From assembly GCF_056746865.1 (NCBI RefSeq), contig NZ_JBWKMP010000002.1: a stretch of DNA of 64,000 bases. One strand, given 5' to 3'. Below, piece after piece: positions 48,190 to 58,421 of this stretch. Source of the DNA: a plasmid. The translations under genes and the position numbers were made by a program. Within the stretch, counting starts at the first letter, position 1. Every line of letters starts with the position of its first letter. The notes beneath the pieces were generated by a model that did no database searches, had not been told where the DNA came from, and saw nothing but the letters and a program-made list of their open reading frames with translations.

Positions 48190-48554
48190 AGCAGGGCTGT
48201 TTTGCTGAAGCACAACGGCCGCCTTCTGATGCGCCGTAGCCCATGTTGTTGCAAATCAGTCCGACGTTCATTGCGTAAGTAACGCTTACTGCGGACCATG
48301 GTAGTGATTAGACTCACTACCATGGTCATTTCACCACATATCTTCTCTGCATTGCTCTTGTTGGGCAGACTAGTAACTCGTCACTAAATTGCAGCTTTTG
48401 TCTTGCTAAGTCGCTGGTATAACTGCACTACGAAATCGTCAAAAGATTTTATCCCTCATGTAGATCCAATAAATGATCCCAAAGGTGCCAGAGAGTACAA
48501 AGAAGATCCCGGTACGCTGTAGGCCGCATGGTTACTGGGCTGGAGCATTGTCAC

Positions 48555-49078
48555 TGACAACAGTAGCGACATAAGTGACAACGGGAGTGACTTAAAAGAC
48601 AATGGTAGAGACTATTTCGACGTTGGTAATGATTTTAAGTGACAATGGTAGTGAGGTTAGACTTAAACTTCCACTGTGAGGTAAGGTGACTCGCATTATT
48701 TAAATAAATCATTACTTTCAATTACTTGCGACACGAGTCTGCATGTATGCTTCTATTTCTCAAAAATTTATCCACCGAAAATGCCTGTGGCTGTGATTTA
48801 GCTTTGACGACAGTTTTTATCAGGGAGGCAAGTTGAGACCTGTATAAGAACTAAGCATTTATTTATCCCCATTTTCCACAAGGTAGTTCCAATAATTAGT
48901 ACCTTAGTGTTCCTGATAGATCAAAAGAGATCCCCGCTGCCTCCAGGCCAGACGGCACAAGGCCTGAGACGTGATCAGTGACAACAGTAGTGATTATTTT
49001 GACATTAGTAGTGATTATTATAACGTTGGTAATGAGTTTTTTGACATCAGTAGTGATCAGAGCGACAATAGTAGTGAC
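48555..49078. repeat. Origin region of the second replicon: two clusters of five direct iterons flanking DnaA-box-like sites
   Basis: Iterons (G)TGACAAyrGTAGTGA at 48555-48656 and 48978-49078 with 21-22 bp spacing. DnaA-box-like sites are TTATCCACC (48768), TTATCCCCA (48863) and TTTTCCACA (48872). Confidence 0.75.
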
Positions 49079-49087
49079 TTTTCATTA

Positions 49088-49225
49088 GATCTTTTTAACT
49101 TGATCTGATCCGTTGTTGATAAGAGTTGCAGGTCATTGTATGCAAAGAGTTTTTGCCAAGTTTTAATGAGTGGAGTCGTTTTTTTAGGTAGAACTTATGC
49201 ACAGATATGGATCATCACAATGATC
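49088..49225. promoter_or_regulatory. GATC-rich AT-rich segment next to the iterons (putative DUE / Dam-SeqA target)
   Basis: GATC at 49088, 49102, 49107, 49210 and 49222. It lies immediately between the iterons and the rep start. Confidence 0.5.
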
Positions 49226-49296
49226 CATCCAGTGACATAGAGTTCGCTGGGGCTTACTATTCACCAATCTGTTTACACATTCAGTGATAACTTATT

Positions 49297-50383
49297 ATGA
49301 CTAAAGAGAAAGATACTGAGCAGCAGGACCTGGTCACCAGGGCTTTCTCTGTTAGAGAGAAAGAATCAGGTAAAGACATCATTTTGCGTCCTAACAGCAA
49401 CCGTACGGTGCAGTCTATTGCTTTGATGCGGCTCGGGCTGTTCGTCCCATCACCAAAGAGTGTGGGGCGTCAAAATCGGGAATATAAAACGGTTGGCTTT
49501 GACGCAACGAAAGAGTTACAGACGCTCTCTTTAATGGAGAGCGAGGGGTTCACCAATATTTCAATTGTCGGTGAGCGTCTTAATATGTCAGTAGATTTTA
49601 AGACGTGGATGGGCATCATTCGAACCTATGCCAATCATCCGATTAACAATGACACGATAAGCTTAAAATTCACTGAATTCCTCAAGCTATGTACGCCTGA
49701 AAATTATCGCTCATCTACAGCGTCCAGAAAACGTATAGACGCCTCCTTACGCAGGTTAGCATCCGTTACCTTGTCGTTCACCAGTAATAACTCGTCCAGT
49801 CTATACAACGCATCTGGTACAGTCTGCCCTGTTAGACCCGGAATCAGATCAGGTTGTCCTTCAGGTTGATCCTAAGATTTTCGAGCTCTATCAATACGAT
49901 CATAAGGTTTTGATGCAGCTGAAGGCAATTAAGGAGTTGGCCAAGAAGGAAAGCGCCCAGGCTCTCTATACGTTCATAGAGTCATTACCGCCAAATCCTA
50001 TACCGATATCCCTTACTCGGCTGAAAAATCGTCTGAACCTCAAAACACGAGCAAATAGTCAGAATGCTACCGTGAGAAAGGCTCTTGAAGAGTTGGCATC
50101 GATAGGATACCTCAAGTACACCGAAATTAAGAAAGACGGAAAAGTATACTTCCAGATTCATAAGCGGGATCCCGATCTGAATTTGAACAATACTCAGCCT
50201 CCTTTAGAAGTGGTTGAAGATGAAGAAGAGAACTCAGGGTCTTCTGTTTTAGAAGGTGAGTTATGCCCACCAGCTGACCCGATTGACGGCGATGATGTTC
50301 TTACCGTCCATGATTTAACCGCTGAAGAACTGCGCTATATTCGTAGTCTTCGAAGCCAGAAAAAGAACAGCAACGCCAGCTAA
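49297..50383 (+). pseudogene. repA: Second iteron-type replication initiator, split by one frameshift
   Basis: ORFs 49297..49869 and 49910..50383 are the N- and C-terminal halves of a Rep paralog. Reading +1 from ~49795 gives [38 protein letters not shown], collinear with Rep1. Confidence 0.7.
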
Positions 50384-50454
50384 AGTTAACCCGGCGGTTT
50401 AGGCTCCGGGTGCTAAATTACTTCTTCGATTTTCGTTAGTCCCAGCCCGCTCTT

Positions 50455-52230
50455 TCACGTCAACGGTAATGAGTCAAAAGTCATTACCGTTGTCATTGTT
50501 CTCTACCACCCTATGTAGATCGAGATTGCGAAATTCAACGCTTTCTCCTGAGTCACCTGTTAACACCCGGTTTCTACGCTTTACTTCATTGGCCAGTACA
50601 TCCAACGGAAAATATCGTAACGGGGTGACAATGGCAGTGAGTTGACCCACTCACTACCATCGACATTCAAATCCCGGCTTCTCTGGTAGCTATAGTGACA
50701 ATGGTAATGATGTGTACCTTACTGGCATTGTCATTGTCCTCCGAGTGTGCGTTCAGCTTTGGGAGGACACCGGAACTTAATGCGGCGAGTCACGGCCATT
50801 GTGAATCTCGATTGGATTGGCGAATACGGCTTCCGGTTGGGCCAGATGTCAATGGTTATGCTTCATCCAGCTCATTACTGTAGTCATTGCCGTTCAGTTG
50901 AGCTGATGCTCCTCTCATTCTATATGGCGACAACGGTAGTGAGCCCAGAAAGTGACTACCGTTGTCATGGCCGTCCAGTAGAGCGGGTCAACCTCTTAAC
51001 TCACAGGGTGACAACGGTATTGAGCCCAGAAAGTCACTACCGTTGTCATGGCCGTCTGGTTAAGCAGATCATCCTCTCAATTCACAGGGTGACAATGGTA
51101 GTGAGCCTATTAAGTCATTACCGTTGTCATTGCCATCCAGAAGAGCGGATGATCCTCTCAATTCATACGGCGACAATGGCAGTGAGCCCAGCAAGTCACT
51201 TCCGTTGTCATAGCCTTCCAGAAGAGCAGATGAGCCTCTTAATTAACAGGGTGACAACGGTAGTGAGCTCATTAAGTCATTACCATTGTCATGGACGTAC
51301 AGCTGAGCTGCTCATCCTCTCAATTCACACACCGACAATGGTAGTGAGCTATTAAAGTCACTACCATTGTCATATACGTCCAGTTAAGTGGACCATCCTC
51401 TCAATACACACGGTGACAACGGTAGTGAGCCATTAGAATCACTACCGTTGTCATTGCTTTTCAGGTGCACTGATAAGGCTCTCAATAGACACGACGACAA
51501 TGGCAGTGAGCAATTAGAGTCACTACCGTTGTCATTGCTTTCAGCTGAGCTGATAAGGTACGTCATTTACACGATGACAATGGCAGTGAGCCAATCGAGT
51601 CACTACCGTTGTTAATGCCGACCAACCGAGGGAAGGGTCCGCTCAAAGAACTGAGTGACAACAGTAGTGAGATCATCCAATCACTACCATTGTCAGCTTA
51701 AACCTGTAGGACGAAGAGGCTTGTCCGATAAAATGACGACAATGGAAATGAGCCTATCCATCACTACCACTGTCATTAAAGTCCAGCGGTTCAACGTTAA
51801 TCAGTAGCTCCGGATGACAATGGTTGTGAGTCAGGCAATTCCCAAGCATTAGGTGACAGCAGCGTAACACCTCTAAGCTCACTTCTGTTGTCAGGGGTTA
51901 GGGTATTGAGTCTCTACCGTCGTCAGTGTTTCTGAGACACCAGTATTGCAGATCACTACAATTGTCACTTAAATATCGACGGGGGAGTAGATGCAAGTGA
52001 CTGGCTAACCAGTACCAGTTTAGATTCAAAACGATCCCATCTTTGTGGATGCGCTTGAGTAAGCTCGTATGACGATATGTCAGAGAAGTGACAACAGGTG
52101 TGAGTTGCCGGACTCACTCCCGTTGTCATCCCCGGTTGAAGGAAGAGAATCCCCGGGGCTGTATATTTACCAGGTATCCTTACTCAAGGGGTTCGACACT
52201 CACTCCCATTGTCGTAATCAACGAGTATGC
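50455..52230. repeat. Array of ~20 palindromic iteron pairs with an 81-bp phase
   Basis: The unit is GTGACAAyGGTAGTGAG-N7-9-(G)TCACTACCGTTGTCAT plus a conserved spacer. The GACAAyGG core sits at 50929, 51010, 51091, 51172, 51253, 51334, 51415, 51496, 51576, 51657, 51738 and 51816. Degenerate copies lie on both sides. Confidence 0.85.
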
Positions 52231-52380
52231 ATTGTCTTTTGAAAGCATCGCTGGAAACGTACGATTAAAGTAACTTTTCTTTCGGTTCTTCCTTGCGAAT
52301 CTCTGAAGACGTACTGGCTGATCGGAGTCGAGGAGGGCAGTAAAATTGAAGCCGTCAGTTTTACTGTCGGCTCCGGGTAG

Positions 52381-54801
52381 TTACTTCAACTCGTCGATCT
52401 GAATCATGAATTCTGAGGTGCCAACTTTCCCATTTTCGGAAGGATAAACGGGTAACAGAAGATTATCCCCCTGGCCCATATCTATTTGCACCTCAACTGA
52501 CTCGCCTGGAGCCGCCTGTGCCCCATTAAATTTAATACCGAAGGCTGCATCCTTCCGCACAGTCAGCGTTGCGTTCTGGACCCCTTTAGCAATTTCTCCA
52601 TTTGTCTTACGCAGAACGTTAGTGGACAGGTACGCAAGTGGTACGCCATCTGTCGTTTTGAGAGGTGAACTGACCGACAATGTGCGTAGATTATGTAACT
52701 GCACAAGGTTATTCGGTAGATAACTGAACTTCTGAGTATAGGTTTTGGTATTCGACTGACTATCGGCAACTGTTACGCTAATTGAATAATTTTCAGATGG
52801 TTCGAAATTTGGGAACAGCCTCGGATACTCAGGCATGTATGTATCTTTGCCTGCCGGTGACCACGTAAGCTCAACGTTATCAGCTGTGGGGCCACCTACG
52901 AGCTGAAGACGGGTTATCCTCGGGGTTGTCAGATTATCTGCCAGAGCGATCCTGAGGTTCTCCAGGCCGTACACTACCGTATCGTCTTTTACCGGCTTTC
53001 CGTCGAATGTTATGGCCACTGTCGGAGGAGTGTTATCCAGAGCAATTTCTCCGAAAGTTTTATTGGTCTGGTTCTGGAAGAAGTCCCTGATGTTGACCTC
53101 AACGTTGTATTTTCCTTCAGACTGACGGGATAAATCATAAGCAATCGTGTAGTTACCTGAGATACGAGATTTGATTACGCCTGTTGGTGACATCCGGGTA
53201 CCGGTGTTCTTATCGGAAAGATAAAATTCCCTCAATGAGACCGAGTCGAACCAGTTACCATCGCCTTCAAGTGACGCCAGTACATCCAGCTGCTTGTTAG
53301 TCTCGTCATATGATATCGAGTTTATTACCGGCAGTTGTTTATTGTTCCAGCGTGTCATAATCCATTGCTCAGACCGCAAAATGGGATTGCTGATGCTGCG
53401 AACGAAGTAAAGGATTCTATTGTAGCCCTGGGTACCCAAGGCCATATCAAACGTCTCAGGCGCTTCACACGAGGTTTTTCCTGCCGGAATGGTGCAGGTC
53501 GCCTTACCGCCGATCTCCTGTGCAAAGGGCCGGGCTTCAACGTTAAAACGAAGTCGGGAAATTTTAATTGGCAGTCGTGATGAAGCCACACTCTCAAAAT
53601 CCTTCCACTTAACCCAGTTCCCCTTATCATCGAGGAAATCTACCCAGGTACCCGCAAATGCAGGCGTTTGGTTTGCAGATGGGTTTAGAACGAGGCTGTA
53701 TGACGGATAATACCCTCCCCACTGGCCAAAGTTCGCCATACGAGCCATATCCCCATTAATTGAGCCATAGGGAAGAGTCATTTCAACATAAGCATAAGTG
53801 CTGTCTACAGCTATCTCTTTGGGGGCGGAATATTGATTGATGAACTGAAGCCCACCTTCTGAATAAGCACGGTAGTTAGATTTTGGGATCCGGTAGACTA
53901 ATCGAATAGGGTTTTCGTTAACGACCATACCGGCTTTGTAAGCCGGATAATTAGAAACCCCGGGTACGACGCTGGAAGACGTATTTGGATCATGAACGGC
54001 CCACAGTGTCATCTCACCCAGCGTGTTGTCGTAGCGAAATTTTTGAGTTGGCAGCGTTCGGCTATTACCTGCGTTATCGAAGATAACAACTTTTGCAGTA
54101 AAGTCTTCATCCAGGTTGCTGTCTGGTATTCCGGTTCCCTTAACTGAATTCTTAGAGTAAGTGTGGTACATCTTTTGGCCGGATACGTCATACTGCATCT
54201 GTGTAGTGCTGTAGAGGCTACCGTCCTGCCTGTAAATATATATTAGGCCCTTATCAATACCATTTGCATCACTTACGCCCGAAGAGGTGAAGTCATACTG
54301 CCCCGTTGCCTCTAATCCAAGCTTCCACACGTCACCAGCGGTAGAGCCAGAACCAGTATTAGCGGTAAGAGCATTTGCCGCTGGAGGGGTGACATCAATT
54401 AGCCAGTTATAGTTATAGGTCGCTACAGGCTTCTGATTGAGATCTAACACGTTTATCTGAACGACAAATTTGCCTTCACCCAAAGCAGGCAAAGTTACTT
54501 TTTTGCCGTAGAACTCACTACCGTCAGCAGCTGTTAGTCGGTCTGATACACCCGTCCGTGTAGTCGTAGTATTAAGAATGACAGTTCCAGTGTCTTTCGT
54601 GACTTTGACATTAACGAAACGATCAAGACCTGAAATAAGTGTCAAAGTTACCGGTGATGCCGGATTAAGCATAAGACGAGAAGACGGGGCGTGGATCTCA
54701 ATACCGTTCGTGTCCTTAAAGGCCGATTCATATATCTGAGCTGGGGCCTGAACAGACATACCGAGTCCGGCTACAGCAGTAATAAAAGCGAGATGTTTCA
54801 T
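52381..54801 (-). CDS. Secreted ~810-aa beta-rich (Ig-like/adhesin-like) protein, paralog B
   Basis: 806 aa with signal peptide ...GMSVQAPA and AGGGGA upstream. It is collinear with paralogs A and C and ends in the same ...EFMIQIDELK tail as paralog A. Confidence 0.7.
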   Translation of the reverse strand: MKHLAFITAVAGLGMSVQAPAQIYESAFKDTNGIEIHAPSSRLMLNPASPVTLTLISGLDRFVNVKVTKDTGTVILNTTTTRTGVSDRLTAADGSEFYGKKVTLPALGEGKFVVQINVLDLNQKPVATYNYNWLIDVTPPAANALTANTGSGSTAGDVWKLGLEATGQYDFTSSGVSDANGIDKGLIYIYRQDGSLYSTTQMQYDVSGQKMYHTYSKNSVKGTGIPDSNLDEDFTAKVVIFDNAGNSRTLPTQKFRYDNTLGEMTLWAVHDPNTSSSVVPGVSNYPAYKAGMVVNENPIRLVYRIPKSNYRAYSEGGLQFINQYSAPKEIAVDSTYAYVEMTLPYGSINGDMARMANFGQWGGYYPSYSLVLNPSANQTPAFAGTWVDFLDDKGNWVKWKDFESVASSRLPIKISRLRFNVEARPFAQEIGGKATCTIPAGKTSCEAPETFDMALGTQGYNRILYFVRSISNPILRSEQWIMTRWNNKQLPVINSISYDETNKQLDVLASLEGDGNWFDSVSLREFYLSDKNTGTRMSPTGVIKSRISGNYTIAYDLSRQSEGKYNVEVNIRDFFQNQTNKTFGEIALDNTPPTVAITFDGKPVKDDTVVYGLENLRIALADNLTTPRITRLQLVGGPTADNVELTWSPAGKDTYMPEYPRLFPNFEPSENYSISVTVADSQSNTKTYTQKFSYLPNNLVQLHNLRTLSVSSPLKTTDGVPLAYLSTNVLRKTNGEIAKGVQNATLTVRKDAAFGIKFNGAQAAPGESVEVQIDMGQGDNLLLPVYPSENGKVGTSEFMIQIDELK

Positions 54802-55265
54802 TCTTATTCCCCTTTAGGTTTGGTGTTATTTTAAGCTTTTCCTAAAGGTCACTATGTTCGTAAAAGTATAAAAAACTTCTCCATATGGTGCTCGAAATTA
54901 CAAATCTATAATTTGCCTTTCGACAAACCTTATTGTGCGTTCAGGACGTAAATCTTTCTTTTTGGAATTACATCTGACATTGCTGTGGTATCCAAACTGG
55001 CAACGATTGCAAAACTTATAACATTAGCCTGAAACTATCGGCATCCACATATCGCATTAAGTGATGCTTTTACTTTGTGTAAAAAAGAATCAGGATAAAT
55101 TAGGTATGACAGATATAAATGCGTTAACGGACGGCATATATGAATCAAAACCTGGCGGTATTACGCCACCAGTCGAGAGGGGAGTGAACCTCAGTCAGTA
55201 CGTCTACCTTCGTTCCGCAAGGCGCTTCTTGTTGTGAATTACAAACTGCCCTGGCGAGAACTGCA

Positions 55266-55877
55266 TCATTTCACCCCCAGCAACACACGTGCCTCTTCAA
55301 CGGTTTGCCACGAAGGCATTGCTACGCCAGATTGACTGCCGTTGCCTCTGCGCTCACCGGTGTCACATTCTACATAAAGACGCATCAGCATCGCTTCTAT
55401 TTCAGCGGCCCGGCTATTATCCATTACCAGTTCTGCTGCGCGTCGTAGCTGTTCTGGAATGTCATTCCACATTCCCGCACCACTTCTGTCTTTGTTAGTG
55501 AGCAAGTCTTCAATAGCAGATGAAGCCATGTTAAGCAGGTCAGCCGAAACTAAAGGCATCGGCGGGGCGGTATAGAGGATTCGACGTCTTCCGCGTCTGT
55601 CTGGATCGTATTTATCATAAAAAGCTTTGTTCACATCTTCCCAGTGCCACTGAAGTTGCCCGGTTGCGTCATGGTGGCAAAACTCGCACTGATAAACAGG
55701 CGCAATCGACATAACTGCCTTTCCAATACGTGCCAGTACAGCAACTTCGTCAGCTCTAAGACTCATTGCTTCGCTTGGGTTACTACCCTCGGAAAATTCC
55801 AAAATTTGTTCAATACGTTCTGGTGTGAAAGTGGTCATAGGCTTTGAAAACATATTTTTTCCAGTTGTGCTTACCAT
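55266..55877 (-). CDS. Hypothetical protein
   Basis: 203 aa in a block that looks GC-richer by eye. No motif recognised and the start is uncertain. Confidence 0.45.
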   Translation of the reverse strand: MVSTTGKNMFSKPMTTFTPERIEQILEFSEGSNPSEAMSLRADEVAVLARIGKAVMSIAPVYQCEFCHHDATGQLQWHWEDVNKAFYDKYDPDRRGRRRILYTAPPMPLVSADLLNMASSAIEDLLTNKDRSGAGMWNDIPEQLRRAAELVMDNSRAAEIEAMLMRLYVECDTGERRGNGSQSGVAMPSWQTVEEARVLLGVK

Positions 55878-55897
55878 ATCATCAGGCCTTAAGAGCG

Positions 55898-56161
55898 TTA
55901 GCGAATAATTAACAGGTCAGGACCAAAACTAAATCCTTCCCCCATACGGTCTTCATGACGGGAGACATATGCCTTACCGTATTTCTCCAGATCCTGTAAG
56001 CGATCTTTTGCCAGATTCCACGAGTATTCCTGGCCCCACACGGGTCCGTCACGCCCGTCAAAGCGGTCAGGTTTACAATTTGCTTTCAGAAGTGCGTAGA
56101 CATGCTCCAGCGTGGGTAGCTGCAAAGCACTATTAGCCTGAGAAACGGCAGTATGCGTCAT
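55898..56161 (-). CDS. Small hypothetical protein
   Basis: 87 aa in the same operon orientation as its neighbours. Confidence 0.45.
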   Translation of the reverse strand: MTHTAVSQANSALQLPTLEHVYALLKANCKPDRFDGRDGPVWGQEYSWNLAKDRLQDLEKYGKAYVSRHEDRMGEGFSFGPDLLIIR

Positions 56162-56254
56162 TTCTGTTCACTCTTTATTGATTTAGTCAGTTAAGCCGGT
56201 CAGGTAACTTTAACCGGCTACTCGTATTAAGATTTCTTTCCGGTTGCTTGTCAG

Positions 56255-57016
56255 TTAGCGGCGAAGATCAATTTCAAGGCGGGCTGTTTTGACCTTTGTT
56301 CCGGACTCCCTAAATGTATCATCCGGAAGAGGCGAAATTTGTCCGCCAAGTTGTTTGACTCGCTCCCTGAGCGCTTTTGTCAGTGTGTCTTCCCGGAACA
56401 ATACCCCAGCTGACAGAATGGCCTGTAAGCGACCTCGCTTAGCGAGCATTGCGATGGCATGCATGACATGTTTAACGTCAGAGCGTTTAAGGAATGGTGG
56501 ATTCATAACGATAACATCAAAAGTTTCATCGGGCTGGTACCCAAGAAAGTCGGTATGCACCAGCTCGGCCCCTGTGCTAAGGACACTATCGTTCTTCACT
56601 GCAAGGAATCGCTCATCGTTCAATTCGATCCCGGTAATCAATGCATCCGGAGCCGCCAGTTTTAAGGCTTTCAGAATGCGGCCATCACCAAACTCAGGCT
56701 CCAGAACACGTTCCCCGGCAGCTGGTTCAGCGCGTAGAACCATATCTGTGACTAAATTCTCAGGGGTAGGGAAGAAATTGAACAAATCACGTGGGATGTC
56801 GACCGAACCTGTCAGAATGATTTGCTCGATACGCTCAGCTGCATCCGCCGTAAAAATATGTGCCTGCTCTTTTCGGTTCCATTTGCCACCGGCAGCTTCC
56901 AGCACTTTGTTTGTCTTAACATAAATGCTGCGGTCGAGCTGGTCGGCCAGGAAAAGAAAGTTCCCTTCAGCACGGCAGCGAGATAAGACGTTCAGAACTT
57001 CAGTTGAGATTTGCAT
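56255..57016 (-). CDS. N6-adenine (NPPF) DNA methyltransferase, intact paralog
   Basis: Motifs FFPTP, VLEPEFGDG and FDVIVMNPPF. I start it at ATG 57016, which has GGAG 5 nt upstream; the track start at 57079 adds 21 codons. Confidence 0.75.
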   Translation of the reverse strand: MQISTEVLNVLSRCRAEGNFLFLADQLDRSIYVKTNKVLEAAGGKWNRKEQAHIFTADAAERIEQIILTGSVDIPRDLFNFFPTPENLVTDMVLRAEPAAGERVLEPEFGDGRILKALKLAAPDALITGIELNDERFLAVKNDSVLSTGAELVHTDFLGYQPDETFDVIVMNPPFLKRSDVKHVMHAIAMLAKRGRLQAILSAGVLFREDTLTKALRERVKQLGGQISPLPDDTFRESGTKVKTARLEIDLRR

Positions 57017-57096
57017 TAAAACTCCATTAAGAGGATTTACCCGCCTGGCGGCAGCGGGTTGGTTACTTAAACAGGACAATTCAGATTTGGCCTTGG

Positions 57097-57861
57097 TTAG
57101 TCGGCAGACAACAGCAGGGATGGGCTGTTATAAGCGAAGCGGTCAACGGGAGCCTTCTCAAATCGCTGACCGCTTGCATCAGGGGTCAGAACGAGTCCGT
57201 TATGGGCGCAATGAATGTGGAGCAACATATCCCCGCCGGTGTTGATGTGTAAGGCAGGCACACCCTGATCGATTTCGAACATGACACCAAAACAGGGGTT
57301 ACCTTCCTTGTTAACAACTTCACAGTGGATGTTATGTTGGCCGGTAACGCTGACCTGATAGGCCTGACTGTCCTCTTCTCTCAGTGTTTCCTCCTCCAGG
57401 CGCCAGTCCTGAAGTGTGAGGCTAATTTCAGGGGTATCATGCTCCTTCTGAAGAGCCTGGATACCTTTACGGAACAGCTGCATCATTTCATGAGTAAGGC
57501 AGTCTTCCTCAGCTCCAAAATGTTCTTTCCAGCCTTCAGGATCTGCATACATCCAGACGTTTTTAGCGAGCGAAGGTAAGGAAGCATCAGGCTCTACAAG
57601 GAGGTGAGGGATGCTCTCTTTGATTCCGAGATAACGTACTGGCTGGCCGTTAAGCGGTAACCCATCCGGCACTGTAACTTCAGCTCCTGGCAAGACGACG
57701 CTGTTTACCAGACCTCCACAATGTTCTGCCACCACCCGGCCTAAATCTGCCATAAACATCCGATGCTTTTCTGGTGAGTCCAGCTCACCAAGGAGTTCAG
57801 GTTTAAGCAGTAAACCGGTAATAATCTCAGTCAGTTCACGAGGAGATACTAATTTATACAT
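57097..57861 (-). CDS. Hypothetical protein
   Basis: 254 aa and the first gene of the four-gene minus-strand block. AAGGAAA lies upstream. Confidence 0.5.
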   Translation of the reverse strand: MYKLVSPRELTEIITGLLLKPELLGELDSPEKHRMFMADLGRVVAEHCGGLVNSVVLPGAEVTVPDGLPLNGQPVRYLGIKESIPHLLVEPDASLPSLAKNVWMYADPEGWKEHFGAEEDCLTHEMMQLFRKGIQALQKEHDTPEISLTLQDWRLEEETLREEDSQAYQVSVTGQHNIHCEVVNKEGNPCFGVMFEIDQGVPALHINTGGDMLLHIHCAHNGLVLTPDASGQRFEKAPVDRFAYNSPSLLLSAD

Positions 57862-58190
57862 TTTGTTTTCCTTTTCTGTGTTGGCTTTATATTAACAATC
57901 CAGATGCACGAGCTAATAACCTCCAGACAACTTTTTCAAAAATTATATACTTAAAGCAGGGGCTAATATGCGCAAGAAATGAATTTAGGAAGGATGGCTT
58001 CAAATTTAACTTTTTGGTTTTTTATTTTAGACGGACTTTAAAATAGCATCGCTGGTAAAATAATAAACATGGTTTATTTTTTGTTTGTATTGACAATCAA
58101 ATGGGTAAAAATTAATTTACTTACATGGCGTATATTTAATGCCACCGTCCCGGCGGCACCGGGCATAAAAGGAAAACCATCTTGAAACCA

Positions 58191-58349
58191 ATGCTCAAAA
58201 AAGATTTTTTTTCAGCTATTGAAAACCTTCTCAAAGCTGGCTTTCAACCTCGCTTTTACACTGTTAACAGTGGACGAATCGGTCTCATTACATTCACTGA
58301 TAAAAATGGAACAAAACAGGTCCCGCCGGGCAGAAAAGAAAAACATTAA
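58191..58349 (+). CDS. Possible small protein upstream of paralog C (below the track cut-off)
   Basis: 52 codons, MLKKDFFSAIENLLKAGFQPRFYTVNSGRIGLITFTDKNGTKQV... The composition is more protein-like than that of the overlapping TTG-start 62-aa track ORF, but the SD is weak. Confidence 0.3.
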   Translation: MLKKDFFSAIENLLKAGFQPRFYTVNSGRIGLITFTDKNGTKQVPPGRKEKH

Positions 58350-58421
58350 AATTAGCTATTTTCCCGAAAAGATCTCGAACACTGAAAAAGTATCATGGGG
58401 AACCTGATCAGGAGACAACCC

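Noticed and set aside
50747-51355. 202-aa ORF with 27-aa repeats (..VTTVLSPESHYRCHGRLV..).
   Set aside because: It lies entirely within the 81-bp iteron array. The frame stays open only because the repeat length is a multiple of 3, other frames and the opposite strand give similar repeat ORFs (51384..51566 and 51388..51615), and there is no SD.
50920-51830. CRISPR-like pattern: ~43-bp palindromic repeats alternating with ~38-bp spacers.
   Set aside because: The 'spacers' are themselves conserved between units, the repeats are the Rep iteron sequence also found at the adjacent origin, and there are no cas genes. It is a tandem iteron array, not a CRISPR.
56289-56924. 211-aa ORF antisense to the methylase gene, and similar long antisense ORFs (2114..2587 in trhN, 8932..9408 in rsp, 33752..34108 opposite trhA).
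   Set aside because: The opposite strand carries recognisable motifs or protein-like composition in each case. The antisense products are low-complexity and S/R/C-rich, typical of shadow ORFs.
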